Positions 35,766-50,216 of a stretch of DNA of 64,000 bases are shown one piece after another. The number at the start of each line of letters is the position of its first letter. Position 1 is the first letter of the stretch. The translations under genes were made by a program, and so were the position numbers. The stretch is taken from the NCBI GenBank assembly GCA_977017645.1, contig OZ360221.1:85498001-85562000 (forward strand), given 5' to 3'. Under the pieces are notes generated by a model, which saw nothing but the letters and a program-made list of their open reading frames with translations, was not told where the DNA came from and made no database searches. This stretch comes from Torpedo marmorata (taxonomy: Eukaryota).

Positions 35766-36659
35766 TGTTATGGACCATGACTGACCATTTGGACTGCGGA
35801 CGGTCAGCAGGAAGGATGAAGTCTTTTGGAGTATACACTGGGGCCAGGTACTGAAAGAGTTAACTTCCCCAGCTACTTGGTGTACCCAGACAAGATACAT
35901 TGTTGCACTCTTGGTGTACCCAGACAGAGAGAGACCAGAGAGAGAGAGACAGGCTAGACAAGATACATTTGTTTCACTTCTGCAAAAAGCAGGGGCAGAT
36001 CTCTGCAAAACACCCAGTTGTGAGTTGCAAAGGCTACCGAACACAGCCAGATCCAGGCTTGTGCAGTCAGAGAAAATCTGGAAGAATAGCACATGGCCTC
36101 CTGTCTCAGAGAAATTCTGAGAAAAAGCAACTTCTGTGGAGAACAGGCGTGAGATCAGCGAGACTAGCTGTGAGATTCAAGCATACGCCTAAATCAGTGG
36201 TATACTGATCTGGAACTTGCAATCCTTATGAACCTACAAGAAGGGGACGTCATCAGAGAAGAAAACAAGTGTTTGTAAGCATAAACAGTCATTGTCTCTC
36301 TCCAACGTTCATTCAGAAGTACTTCTACCAGACACAGAGAAAAAGTTGAAGCCTGAACTTAGAGAGTGGATTTTGTCGACTGTATTATCCTTTTTTTTGA
36401 CTGACTTGTTTTTTATGACTGACCTGGGGTTTTTGGGGAAGGTTTTTCCATTTTTACATAAGGGTTGGGCACAGACTGTAATGGTCTGGGCTTTACACAC
36501 ACACACATACACCTTTTAGATAAGAATAGAGTTTATAGACGTTTATAGTGGGGTTAATTGTTGTGAAATTATATGTTTACTTGTGTTTAATAAATAATAA
36601 TTTCAATTTTACCCCTTTTGCATTGCGTCTTCTGTCGTTGCTGGTTTGAATTCATAACA
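35766..36659 (+). mobile_element. LTR of the Gmr1-related family, probably solo
   Basis: TGTTATGGACC...CATAACA, flanked by AAAA on both sides. No PPT upstream and no PBS downstream. Confidence 0.8.
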
Positions 36660-36848
36660 AAAATTACTGAAATTCTACCAATTTCACAGTGAAAACCTTC
36701 ACCACAGGGACAGCTAGGCTCCAAGAAGAATCGAGACATTACTGGCTTTTAGCTCCATAAAAGTTCCAAGCAGTGACCACCTCCAATAAGATAAAGTTTA
36801 ACCAACGATCCTTGACATTCAATGGCATTCCATCAAGATTCTGCAAGT

Positions 36849-39794
36849 ACATAAGGTTTTGGCATGGCAATTGAAAAAAGAACAAGTTTCTAAAACTATA
36901 AATGCTATAAGGAAGAAAAATACTGGAGAAATAACTTATAAACCTCAAGAGATAAATGAATCTTTTAAAGATTATTATCAGAATTTATATAGATCGCAAA
37001 TTGATCCAGATGATTCTAAAATTAATAGATTCCTATCTAAAATCATATTACCTAAATTGAATATTCGGAGTAGAGATTCTTTAGATTTGCCTTTTACAAT
37101 GAGGGAAGTTAGTGAAGTTTTTTCTTCATTGAAGAGTGGTAAATCTCCGGGTGATGATGGGTTTTCATCAGAATTTTATAAAGAATTTAAAGATTTATTG
37201 ATACCTCCATATATGGAAGTACTCGATCAAATTACGGAAACTCATTCATTACCGAAAACATTTTTAAATGCTATAATTACAGTTATACCAAAGAAGGATA
37301 GAGATGTATTAAAAACTGAATCATATAGACCTATTTCATTATTAAATGTAGATTATAAAATAATGGCAAAAATTCTAGCAAACAGAATGGCTAAATATTT
37401 GCCAGATTTGGTACATATAGACCAAGCTGGTTTTATTAAAAATAGATATTCAAAGGATAATATAGCTAGATTAATTAGTTTAATTAGTTTGCATAAAAAG
37501 AAACAAGATTTACCATTAGTTGTAACATTAGACGCTGAAAAGGCTTTTGATAGATTAGAATGGAATTTTTTATTTAAGGTATTAGAAAAATTTGGTTTTG
37601 GAAATACATTTATAAATTGGATTAAAACTATATATAAAGAACCATCAGCTAAAGTAATTACAAATGGACAAATATCGCCAAAATTTTCTTTGACACGTTC
37701 TACGAGACAGGGACGTCCCCTGTCACCAGCTTTTTTTGTTTTGGCGATAGAACCTTTGGCTGAATTAGTTAGAAAAGATCCTAAAATAGTGGGTATTAAA
37801 GTTGGTATGGAAGAACATAAGATTAGTTTGTTCGCAGATGATGTATTGATATATATGACAAAATCTATTATATCACTTCAACAACTATCTATTATATTAA
37901 GAGAATATGGTGAAATATCTGGATATAAAATTAATTCGGATAAAAGTGAAATAATGGCTTTATCTCAAGGTGATTACACTAGATGTAAAGAAATTACACA
38001 ATTTAAATGGGCTAAAGAAGGGATTAAATATTTGGGGGTTAAGGTTGACACAAAATTGGAAAACTTATATAAATTAAATTATTTACCATTATTTGTGAAA
38101 ATAAAGAAAGATTTAGAGAATTGGAAAGATTTACCCATAACTTTAATGGGAAGGGTAAATTGCATTAAAATGAATATTTTTCCAAGAGTTCAGTATCTTT
38201 TTCAATCAATTCCTTTTGGAATTCCTCAAAAAAATTTTAAAGATTTAAATTTTATTATTAGGAATTTTTTATGGAAAGGAAAGTTAGCAAGAGTAAGCAT
38301 GGAAAAGTTAACCTGGAATTATGAGTTGGGTGGATTGCAACTTCCTAATTTTCAAAATTATTATAAAGCAGCCCAATTAAAATTTGTCAATGAATTTTTT
38401 GATTCAACTAAATCTCCTGCTTGGATTAAAATAGAATTAAATAATATAGGAGAAAATCTTAAAGAAGAAATTATTTATAAATGGGATTCTAAATTAATAT
38501 TATTAAAAAAGAAAAAATCACAGATTATTAAACATTTGTTAGAAATATGGGGTAAGACGGATAAAGATATAGGTGGAAGAGGATTAATTTCTTCAAATAT
38601 GTCACTATATCAAAATGGACTTATATCATTTACTGTTAATAATCAGTTATTTAAAATTTGGTTTCAAAAAGGTATTAAGAAGATAAATGATTGTTTTGAA
38701 GCTGGAAAATTTATTACGTTTCAAAGAATGAAAGATAAATTTAATATACCAGATAATACATTTTTTGCTTATTATCAAGTTAAAGCTTTTTTGACTGAGA
38801 AATTAGGTTATGCTTTGATTTTACCAAGACAAAATGAATTAGAATTATTAGTTACTAATGGAGAAGTTAATAAATTTACTTCTCAAATGTATAAATTGTA
38901 TCAGAGGAAAATGCCAAAAGTAGGATTGCATAAATCAAGATTAAAATGGGAATTAGATTTAAATGTAAATATAGATGAAAATCACTGGAAAGATTTATGT
39001 AAGTTAAGTATGACGAAAATTATTAATGTTAGATATAGATTAGTACAATATAATTTCTTTCATCAATTATATTTAACACCTAAAAAATTAAAGAAATTTA
39101 ATCCGACATTATCAGGACTATGTTTTAGATGTAATAATGAGGAAGGTTCTTTTGTACACTCTACTTGGTTTTGTCCAAAGATTCAAGATTTTTGGTTGAA
39201 AGTTAAAAAATTTTTAGATAAAATATTTAATATTACATTTCCAATGGATCCTATGTTATTTTTATTTGGAGATATCAGAAAATTTAGTATTAAAAAGAAA
39301 TTAAATATGTTTCAAGTAGAATTTTTACGAATTGCTTTAGCTATTTCGAAAAAATGCATTGCTATTACTTGGAAATCTGATTTAGATTTAGGATTAGAAA
39401 GATGGCATGCAGAACTTCGTTCATGTATACCACTTGAAAAAATTACTTATAATTTACGTAATAAATATCATTTCTTCTTGAAAATTTGGAGCCCATATAT
39501 GAGAGCTGTGGGTTTAAGGATCTGAAGATCTCTAGATATCGGATCTACTGGCATACTTGACCTCCATAATAGAATTAGTTTATAGATGATATTCCCCTTA
39601 TTCTATCTTTTTCTTTCTTTCTTTTTTCTTTTTTCTATTTTTACTTTTATTTTATATTACTAGACTAGTGGAGATGGCGGGGTTGGGGAGGGGAGGGAGG
39701 GTGGGAGGGCGAAAATGTATCACATGTATTTTGATAATTTTATATTTTATCTTATGTATTTTGTGATTTAAAAATTTAAATAAAATAAAAAAAA
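36849..39794 (+). mobile_element. L1 family A, 5'-truncated, with an uninterrupted 888-codon ORF2 portion (RT plus CCHC)
   Basis: YRPISLLNVDYK, LDAEKAFDR, FADD, poly(A), and a 14-bp TSD AAGATTCTGCAAGT at 36835-36848 and 39795-39808. Confidence 0.95.
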
Positions 39795-40292
39795 AAGATT
39801 CTGCAAGTTACTATAAACCCAATTCTCAATTGGATGAGCCACACAAATTCCCTTCCACCTTTCATTATATTTTATAACCTTTACTTTTCCTTGAAATTTT
39901 TCCAGTTCTTATGGGAGATCATTAACAGAAACAGATATATCATCTCCTCTCTGCAGATTGTCTGAGCTGTTTGGTATTCCTTCAATTTCTTCTTTTTTTT
40001 TGGAATATTTTATTTTGAATTTAAATTTTCACACACAGTAATACATTCATAGATAATATACATTATTAACTTCAGAAAGAATCCATTGAAATTATATTGT
40101 ATTACATGGTGTAATCTACCCCCTCCATTAACCCCCCAAACCCTTATAACAACTTTACCACCATTTCAAATTAAAATTATTACTTAATACTTCTAAACCC
40201 ACCCTCAACCCACTCCCTCCCCTTACATTCCCTCCCCCTCCTAAAATCTATGAAAAAGAAAGAAGGAAAAAGAAAAAGAAAGTAATGTAATA

Positions 40293-41196
40293 CGTTATGG
40301 ACCATGACTGACCATTTGGACTGCGGACGGTCAGCAGGAAGGATGAAGTCTTTTGGAGTATACACTGGGGCCAAGTACTGAAAGAGTTAACTTCCCCAGG
40401 ACTTGGTGTACCCAGACAGAGAGAGAGACAAGCTGTGGACAAAGATACATTGTTGCACTTTTGGTGTACCCAGACAGAGAGAGACCAGAGAGAGAGAGAC
40501 TGTGGACAAGATACATTTGTTGCACTTTTGCAAAAAGCAGGTGCAGATCTCTGCAGAAAAAGCAGACAGTTGTAAGTTGCAAAGGCTAGAGTGCACAGCC
40601 AGAGAGAAAAGACTGGCAGAATAGAACATGTCCTCCTGTCTCAGAGAAATTCTGAGGAAAAGCAACTTCTGTGGAGAACAGGCGTGAGATCAGCGAGACT
40701 AGCTGTGAGATTCAAGCATACGCCTAAATCAGTGGTATACTGATCTGAACTCAAAATCCTTATGAACATACAAGAAGGGGACGTCATCAGAGAAGAAAAC
40801 AAGTATTTGTAAGCATAAACTGTCATTGTCTCTCTCCAATGTTCATTCAGAAGTACTTCTACCAGACACAGAGCTGAATTTGAAGCCTGAACTTAGAGAG
40901 TGAATTTTGTAGACTGTATTATGCTTTTTTTTTGACTGACTTGTTTTTTATGACTGACCTGGGGTTTTTGGGGAAAGTTTTTCCATTTTTAAATAAGGGT
41001 TGGGCACAGACTGTAAAGGTCTGGGCTTTACACACACACACACACACACCTTTTAGATAAGAATAGTGTTTATAGACGTTTATAGTGGGGTTAATTGTTT
41101 TGAAATTATATGTTTAATTGTCTTTAATAAATAGTAATTTCAATTTTACCCCTTTTGCATTGCGTCTTCTGTCGTTGCTGGTTTGAATTTGTAACA
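40293..41196 (+). mobile_element. Solo LTR (Gmr1-related family) in the L1-B 3' UTR
   Basis: (C)GTTATGGACC...TTGTAACA with a 4-bp TSD AATA at 40289-40292 and 41197-41200. Confidence 0.92.
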
Positions 41197-44100
41197 AATA
41201 TTACTTATGAAAGACAATTATGTGGATCGCCTGGAGTTTCACAGTTCGATCCAAATTTTCAACAGTGTTTCTATAGTTTAATTTTGAGTGAGTTAGCATA
41301 GGGCCTAAGGTATGGAAGAACACATTTACATATTTATACCTAGTGTCTGGATATATGGATGCCAAATTTGCAAGAAAACCCCATATTTATTTCTCATGTT
41401 GTATGTTATTTTTTACAGAGGAATACAACTCTGTATCTCTGTATTCCATCTTTCCATACCTAAATTTATGTCTGATTTCCAGGTTACTGCTATAAACTTC
41501 CTCGCTACCACTAGAGCAATTTTAACAAATTTCAATTGATATGTTGATAATTTCAATTTTGGTCCAGTTCCTTCTACATTCCCTAACAAAAATAAATCAG
41601 GGTTTTGTGGAAGTGTAACTCCCGTGATTTGTTTTAACAAATTCCCTAGTTCCACCCAGAAGGGACTTACCTCAGAGCATAACCAATTTGAATGTAAGAA
41701 AGTTCCAACAACTTCACCACATCTAAAGCACTGATTTGACAATTCAGATTTCATTTTATTCAATTTTTGTTGTGTAAGGTATAACTGATGTAAAAAATTG
41801 TACTGAACTAATCTATATCTTACATTAATAGTATTGGTCATGCTATCTCAACATAAATCTGACCATCTTTTTTCATCAATTATCACATTAAGATCTTGTC
41901 GAGATTTATGAACTCCTTGTTTAAGCATCCCTCTTTGTAACAAAGAGTACATTGTAGAAGTAAATTTTCTAGTATTTCCTTTTCTAATAAGAGTTTCCAC
42001 TTCACTACAATTTTGTAACATGTCTGAGCCTAGTTTTTCCCTTAAGTATCCTTTTAATTGAAAATAACAAAAAAGAGTATTATTCGATATTTATTTCTTA
42101 ACTGTGCAAATGACATCAATTGGCCCCTTTCATAACTGTCTTCTGTCTTCTTAATTCCTTTCTGAAACCGTATTTAAAAATTGATTATCTCTTGTAAAAA
42201 GTATAAGGTTGTTCTGTGTCAAGGGCGTTTTGGGTGATATAGTCCCTTTTGTCCCTATCTCGTCGTTAATCTTGTTCCAAGCATTAATCAAGTGTTTTAA
42301 TAATGGCGCTTTTTTAACTCCTACTAATAATTTTGAGTTCCATTTATATATAAATTATTCTGCTACTCTCTCCTATTTTTCCTAACTCTATTTTAACTCA
42401 TGCAGGTTTTTCCTCCCTTTCAAAAAAAGAAGTAAGAAATCTCATTTGAGCCGCTCGATAATAATTCTTAAAGTTAGGGAGCTGCAAGCCTCCTGACTCA
42501 TATTTACATGTTAAAAGTTCTATAGGGATTCTTGACATTTTACTTCTCCAAAGGAATTTTCTCACATATTTATTTAACTCTTGAAAAAACCCTTGTGGTA
42601 ATAAAATAGGTATGGTTTGATATAAATATTGTATTCTTGGAAATACGTTCATTTTAATACAATTAACTCTTCCTATCAATGTTATGGGTAGACTCATCAA
42701 TTTTTCCAAATCTTTTTTAACCTTTTTAAGTAATGGTAAATAATTCCATTTACATAGATCTTTTAGATTATTATCTGTACGGATTCCTAGATATTTAATC
42801 CCATTGTGTGGCCATTTAAACTGAGTATTTCTTTTACATAAAATATAATCTCCTTCTGTAAGGGGCATAATTTCACTTTTATCCCAATTTATCTTATAAC
42901 CTGAGATCTCTCCATATTCTTCCTATTTAAGATGTAATCTTCGTAAAGATGTCTCAGGTTCTGTCAAGTATATTAAAACATCATCCACAAATAAACTGAT
43001 TTTATGTTCTTCTTGGCCAACCCTAAATCCCTTAATTTCCAAATCTCTTCTAATTGCCTCTGCAAGTAGTTCTATAGCTAATATAAATAAAGATGGTGAC
43101 AGTGGGCATCCTTGTCTACTTGACCTTATCAAACAGAAGGGGGTTGATATTTGTCCATTAGTCACTACTTTTGCTTTTGGACCGTTGTATAATGCTTTAA
43201 TCCAGTTTATAAAGGTCTGTCCAAATCCAAATTTCTCCAATACTTTAAACAGAAAGTCCCACTCCAATCTATCAAATGCTTTTTCCGCATCTAAAGCCAC
43301 TGCAAAACTTAATACTTTCCTTTTTTGAGCTAAATGAATAATACTAAGTAACTTGCTACATTATCAGCTGCTTGTCTTTTTTTTATAAAGCCTGTCTTAT
43401 CCATATTTACAAATTTAGGTAACAATTTAGTCATCCTATTAGCCAAAATTTTGGCTACAATTTTATAATCTGCATTTAGTAATGAAATCGGTCTATAAGA
43501 CGCGGGTTTCAATGGATCTCTATCTTTCTTTGGTATTACTGTAATTATTGCTGTTGAAAAGGATTCCAGGAGAGTATGAGTTACTGATGCCTGTTGTAAC
43601 ATTTCCATAAAGACAGGAATTAATAGGTCTTAAAACTCTTTATAGAACTCAGGTGGGAAGCCATCTTCTCCCGGAGCTTTATTACTTTGTAATGAACTCA
43701 TTGCTTCTTTCACTTCTTCCTGTGTAAGCTGAGTACTCAATTCTAACTGTTCTTGCATACTTAGTCTTGGTAAATTTATATGCGATAAATATCTATCTAT
43801 TTTACTATCATCTTGCAAAGACTCTGTTTTATATAATTTAGAATAAAAAAATTTGAAAGAGTCATTTATCTTTTGGGGTTTATAACTAATAACATTAGAG
43901 TCGCTTTTAATAGAATTGATTGTTCTTGAAGCCTGTTCAGTTTTTAATTGCCATGCTATTACTTTGTGTGATCGCTCACCTAATTCATAGTATCTCTGTT
44001 TGGTTCTTATAATAGTCTTCTCCGTTCTGTAAGTTTGTAATACATTATACTGATTTTTTTTGTTGATTAATTACTTACGTTTATCTTCAGAACTTCTCTT

Positions 44101-44994
44101 TCGTAAGTCCTTTTCTAAAACCGTTATTTCTGTTTATAATTGGTCTATATCTCTCATATATTCCTTTTTGCTTTTTGAAGTATAACTTATAATTTGACCT
44201 CTCAGATATGCTTTCAGTTTCCCATATTATAAACTTATCATTCACAGAGTTTAGATTTATTTCACAAAATATCTGAATTTGCCTCCTTATAAAATCACAA
44301 AAGACTGTTCTTTTTAATAATAATGGGTTCAATCTCCACCTGTATATTGGTTTTTCTTTATCAGGCATGGCAATTGTCATTAATAAATGTGAGTGATCAG
44401 ACAAAATCCTTACTTTATATTCTACTTCTAGAATCCTATCTTTCAATTGCGCTGAAGTTAAAAATAAATCAATTCTCGAGTAAGAATCATGTCTATTAGA
44501 ATAAATGAATAATCCCTTTCCCGAGGATGTATTCTCCTCCAGGCATCTATTAAATTTAGATCTTTCATTTTAGTACCAATGTAGATTTTGCTGCCTTAGT
44601 TCTCTTCACTCCCCTTGTAGATCTATCTAAGATTGGATCTGAACAAAAATTGAAGTCTCCTCCTATTATGATATTTTCATGTGCCTCTGCTATATTAAGA
44701 AAAGTTTCTTGAATAAATTTATCATCATTTTTTAAAAAAATATTTTATTTAAAATTTTTAAATCACAAAATACATAAAATAAAATATAAAATTATCAAAA
44801 TATTTGTGATACATTTTCACCCCCCTCCCCAACCCTCCAAACCCCACTAATCTAATAAAAATAAAAATATAAAATAAAAATAGAAAAAGAAGAAGAAAAA
44901 AGAAAGAAAAAGATAGAGTAAGGAGAATGCCAATCTATAAACTAATTCTATTATGGAGGTCAAGTATGCCAGTAGATCCGATATCCAGAGATCT

Positions 44995-47900
44995 TCAAAT
45001 CCTAAAACCAACAACTTTCATATATGGGCTCCAAATTTTTAAGAAAAAATGATATTTGTTACGTAAATTATAAGTAATTTTTTCAAGTGGTATACACGAA
45101 CGAAGTTCTGCATGCCATCTTTCTAATCCTAAATCTAAATCAGATTTCCAAGTAATAGCAATGCATTTCTTTGAAACAGTTAAAGCAATTCGCAAAAATT
45201 CTATTTGATACATATTTAATTTCATCTTAATACTAAATTTTCTAATATCTCCAAACAAAAATATCATAGGATCCATTGGAAATGTAGTCTTAAATACTTT
45301 ATCTAAAAATTTTTTAACTTTCAACCAAAAATCATAAACTTTTGGACAAAACCATGTAGAATGTACAAAAGACCCTTCCTCTTTATTACATCTAAAATAT
45401 AAACCTGATAATGTCGGATTAAATATCTTTAGTTTTTTAGGTGTTAAATATAATTGATGAAAAAAATTGTATTGTACTAATCTATATCTAACATTAACAA
45501 TCTTCGTCATACTTAATTTACATAATTCTTTCCAATGATTTTCATCTATTGTTACATTCAAATCTAATTCCCATTTTAATCTTGATTTATGAATTCCTAC
45601 TTTAGGCATTTTCCTCTGAAACAATTTATACATTTGAGAAATAAATTTATTGACATCTCCTTTAGTAACTAATAATTCTAATTCATTCTGTCTTGGTAAA
45701 ATCAAAGCATAACCTAATTTCTCAATCAGAAAAGCTCTAATTTGATAGTAAGCAAAAAGTGTATTATCTAATATATTAAATTTATCTTCATTCTTTGAAA
45801 AGTAATAAATTTTCCAGCTTCAAAACAATCATTAATCTTCTTAATTCCTTTTTGAAACCAAATTTTAAATAATTGATTGTTAATAGTAAATGGAATAAGT
45901 CCATTTTGATATAAAGGCATCCTTGAAGAAATCAATCCTTTTCCTCTTATTTCCTTATCTGTCTTATTCCATATTTCTAACAAATGTTTAAAAATAGGCG
46001 AATTTTTCTTTCTTGTTGATATTAATTTAGAATCCCATTTATAAATAACTTCTTCTTTGGAATCTTCTCCTATATTATTTAATTCTATTTTAATCCAAGC
46101 AGAAGATTTAGTTGAATCAAAAAATTCATTAACAAATTTTAGTTGAGCTGCTTTATAATAATTTTGGAAATTAGGAAGTTGTAAACCACCCATTTCATAA
46201 TTCCAAGTGAATTTTTCCATACCTACTCTTGCTAACTTTCCTTTCCATAAAAATTTTCTAATAATTGAATTTAAATCTTTAAAACAATTTTGAGGAATTT
46301 CATAAGGAATTGATTGAAAAAGATATTGAATTCTTGGAAAAATATTCATTTTAATACAATTTACTCTTCCCATTAAAGTTATAGGTAAATCTTTCCAATT
46401 TTCTAAATCTTTCTTTATTTTCACAAATAATGGTAAATAATTTAATTTGTATAAATTAGCCAATTTTGTGTCAACCCTTATTCCCAAATATTTAATTCCT
46501 TCCTTTGCCCATTTAAATTGTGTAATTTCTTTACATCTACTATAATCCCCTTGTGATAATGCCATAATTTCACTTTTATCAGAATTAATTTTATATCCAG
46601 ATATTTCCCCATATTCTCTCAATAACACAGACAATTGTACTAAGGATGTAGTAGATTTTGTCATGTATATCAATACATCATCTGCAAATAAACTAATTTT
46701 ATGTTCTTCCATTCCAACTTTAATGCCAACTATTTTAGGATCTTTTCTAACTAATTCTGGCAAAGGTTCTATTGCGAAAATAAATAATGCTGGTGATAAA
46801 GGACATCCTTGTCTAGTAGATCGAGTCAAAGGAAATTTTGAAGAAATTTGTCCATTTGTAACTACTTTAGCAGATGGTTCTTTATATATAGTTTTAATCC
46901 AATTAATAAATGTATTTCCAAAACCAAATTTCTCCAATACCTTAAATAAAAAAATCCACTCTAATCTATCAAAAGCCTTTTCAGCGTCTAAAGTTAAAAC
47001 TAATGGTAAATCTTCCTTCTTTTTATATAAATTAATTAAACTAATCAATCTAGCTATATTATCTTTTGAATATCTATTTTTAATAAAACTAGCTTGATCT
47101 ACATGAATTAAATCTGGTAAATAATTAGCTATTCTATTTGCTAAAATTTTTGCCATTATCTTATTATCTACATTTAATAATGAAATAGGTCTATAAGATT
47201 CAGTTTTCAATACATCTCTATCTTTCTTTGGTATAACTGTAATTATTGCATTTAAGAAAGTATCTGGTAATGAATGAGTTTCCGTAATTTGATTCAATAC
47301 ATCCATATATGGAGGTATTAATAAATCTTTAAACTCTTTGTAAAATTCTGATGGAAATCCATCTTCACCTGGAGATTTACCACTCTTTAGAGAAGTAAGA
47401 ACTTCATTAACTTCCCTCATTGAGAAAGGTAAATCTAAAGATTCTCTACTTTGAATATTCAATTTAGGTAATATAATTTTAGATAAAAACCTAGTAATTT
47501 TAGAATCATCTTGATCAATCTGAGATTTATATAAATTCAAATAATAATCTTTAAAAGAATCATTTATTTCTCGAGGTTTATAAGTTATTTCTCTAGAGTT
47601 CTTTTTCCTTATAGCATTTATAGTTCTAGAAGTTTGATCTTTTTTTAATTGCCAAGCCAAAACTTTATGGGCTCTTTCCCCTAACTCATAGTATCTTTGT
47701 TTAGTTCTTTCAATTAATTTTTCCATTTTATATATTTGTAATAAATTGTAATGTAATTTCTTCCCAATTAAATGGTTCCTTTTTTGAATTGATCTGTTTT
47801 TTTGTAAATCTTTTTCCAAACATTCAATCTCCTTCTCTAGTTTTTCTACTTCCCTAAAATAATCTTTCTTAATTTTTGCTGAATAACTTATTATTTGACC

Positions 47901-48782
47901 TCTTAAATAAGCTTTTAAAGCTTCCCAAATAATAAATTTATTATCAGTAGAATTAGAATTTATTTGTAAAAATTCCTGAATTTCCCTTCTCATATAATCA
48001 CAAAAATCTTTTCTTTTTAATAAAGAAGAATTGAATCTCCAGCTATATACAGTTTTTTCTTTTTCCGGAATTATACAAGATATTAATAAAGGTGAATGAT
48101 CAGAAATTATTCTCGCTTTATAAGATGCTTGCGTTATTCTATCTTGAACCTGTGAAGACAATAAAAATAAATCTATCCTAGAATATGAATCATGTCTGAA
48201 AGAATAAAAAGAATAATCTTTTTCTCTTGGATTCAATTTCCTCCAAATATCTATTAAATTTAAATCTTTCATCAAAGTAAGAACTCTTTTAGCAATTTTA
48301 GTTTTAGCAAGTGATCTTGAAGTTTTATCCATTATTGGATCTAGACAACAGTTGAAATCTCTCCCAATTAAAATATTCTCATTAGCTTCTGACAAATGTA
48401 AAAAAGAATCTTGAATAAACTGTTCGTCATCTGCATTTGGCACATACAAGTTCATAAGTGTCCAGAATTCTGAATAAATCTGGCAATGTATCAAAACATA
48501 TCTACCTGCCACATCTATAACTACCGATTGTATCTTAAAAGGTAACTTTTTATTAATTAATATAGCTACCCCTCTTGCTTTAGAATTAAATGAAGAAGCC
48601 ACCACTTGACCAACCCATTCTCTTTTTAACTTTTGATGTTCCGAATCTATCAAGTGCGTCTCCTGTAAAAAAGCTATATCTACATTCAACTTTTTAATAT
48701 ATGCTAAAGTTCTCTTTCTTTTAATCGGATTATTAAGCCCATTTATATTAATACTTACTACATTTATTTTCTTACTATCCAT
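44995..48782 (-). pseudogene. L1 ORF2p (APE endonuclease, RT, CCHC) with one frameshift near 45785
   Basis: 1004-aa ORF (SININGLN, FLQETH, SDH, FADD) followed by a 236-aa continuation. Confidence 0.92.
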
Positions 48783-49063
48783 CGTAACTAAATTTTATCA
48801 AATCTCTTTCGATCAAATCTACCAACTTTTTCCTCCAAAATTGTAAACTATTTGGCATCTCCTTAAAGAAAATGAAGAAAAAGAAAAAAGAAAAGAAAAA
48901 AGAAAACCCCAATGAATAAAATACTGGTACAATTACCCCAGTATTACCCCCCTCCATTGCTCGAGAAGTGGCTCTCGCCACTAAAGTGGTGTATGGCTAG
49001 GAAGAAGAGACAAAAAGTCCACCTCCCCCCAACAGATTTTACAAAACATTATTAATCATAACT

Positions 49064-50216
49064 TCATTTAACTGTTCCAATGTCCACATTATCTTGATCT
49101 TCTTCAATCTGGACTTGAATCCTCTCCTCTTTTCGTGAAGAACTTGTCGAAGAAATTTGTAGTGGTGAACTCTCTTGAACTTGTTGATAAACCATCTCAT
49201 CTTGATTTTTGATCAAATAAGGAAGAGTTTGTGCATGCCTTAGCGCTTGTTGGGGATCCATAAACATAGTGAAACGATTTCCTTCACCTTGAATTCTCAA
49301 AGCCGCAGGATATTTAAAGGAAAACTTATATCCTTTTTGCCAAAGAAGTGCTTTTGTTGGATTAAATTCTTTCCGACTTTTAACTACCGTAGGGCTCAAA
49401 TCTGGATAAAAGAGCACTCTATTTCCATTAATCATCAGTGGAGATCTATCCACTCTTGCATTTTGAATGGCTGCTCTTAATATTTTTTTCCTATCTTGAT
49501 ACCTGAGACATTTAATCAAAACTGGACGTGGTCTTTGGTCCATTTGTTGATTTCGCCTCCCAATTCTGTGTGCTCTTTCCAACTCCACTGGCTTATACAA
49601 AGTCAGAACCTGCAGAAGCCAATCTTGAAAAAATTCAGTTATATCTTGTTTTTCAAAATTTTCAGGAAGTCCTAATATTTTAATATTATTTCTCCGGCTT
49701 TGATTTTCCAATTGATCCAATTTTTGTAGAAGTTGATTTCTTTGTTGTTCCCAACCTGTAAATGTATCTTCTATTTTATCAACTCTATCCTTATGATCCA
49801 CCAAATCATCATAATTATTTTTAACATCTTCCTCAATTTTTTGAACTTTAAGTTTCACTGTACTCACAGTATTTTTCAAACTTCTCATATCTTGTTTCAC
49901 CTCTTTAATATCTTCTTCCATTGAATTAAATCTAAATTCCATATGTGATTCTAACTTTGCAATGGCCTGAAGTATTTGTTGTTGATTTGTTTTTATTGAC
50001 ATGAATTCCTTAGCTGGGTCCTCAGGGTACTCCTCAAATTCTTCCATCTCTTGTTCCAGGATCTGTTGCATTTCCTTATCCTTTCCTTCTGATTCTGACG
50101 ATGTTTCCTGCTCCACAGCGTATAGCAACATGCGCATGCGCGGCTGCTCCAATATCATTTTTGTAGTTTTTCTTTGAGCGCCGGCGCCATCTTCCCCAGC
50201 TCCCTGGGAGAGCAGC
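49064..50216 (-). CDS. L1 ORF1p (coiled coil plus transposase_22-type RRM/CTD), N-terminally truncated
   Basis: LENQSRRNNIKILGLPE, ERAHRIG, RPRPVLIK, FYPDLS and YPAAL. Confidence 0.9.

Larger units (their letters stand above)
44731..50216 (-). mobile_element. L1 family A, near full length (truncated in ORF1), nested in the L1-B endonuclease region
   Basis: 16-bp TSD AAATTTATCATCATTT at 44715-44730 and 50217-50232. ORF1 and ORF2 are both present. Confidence 0.95.
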
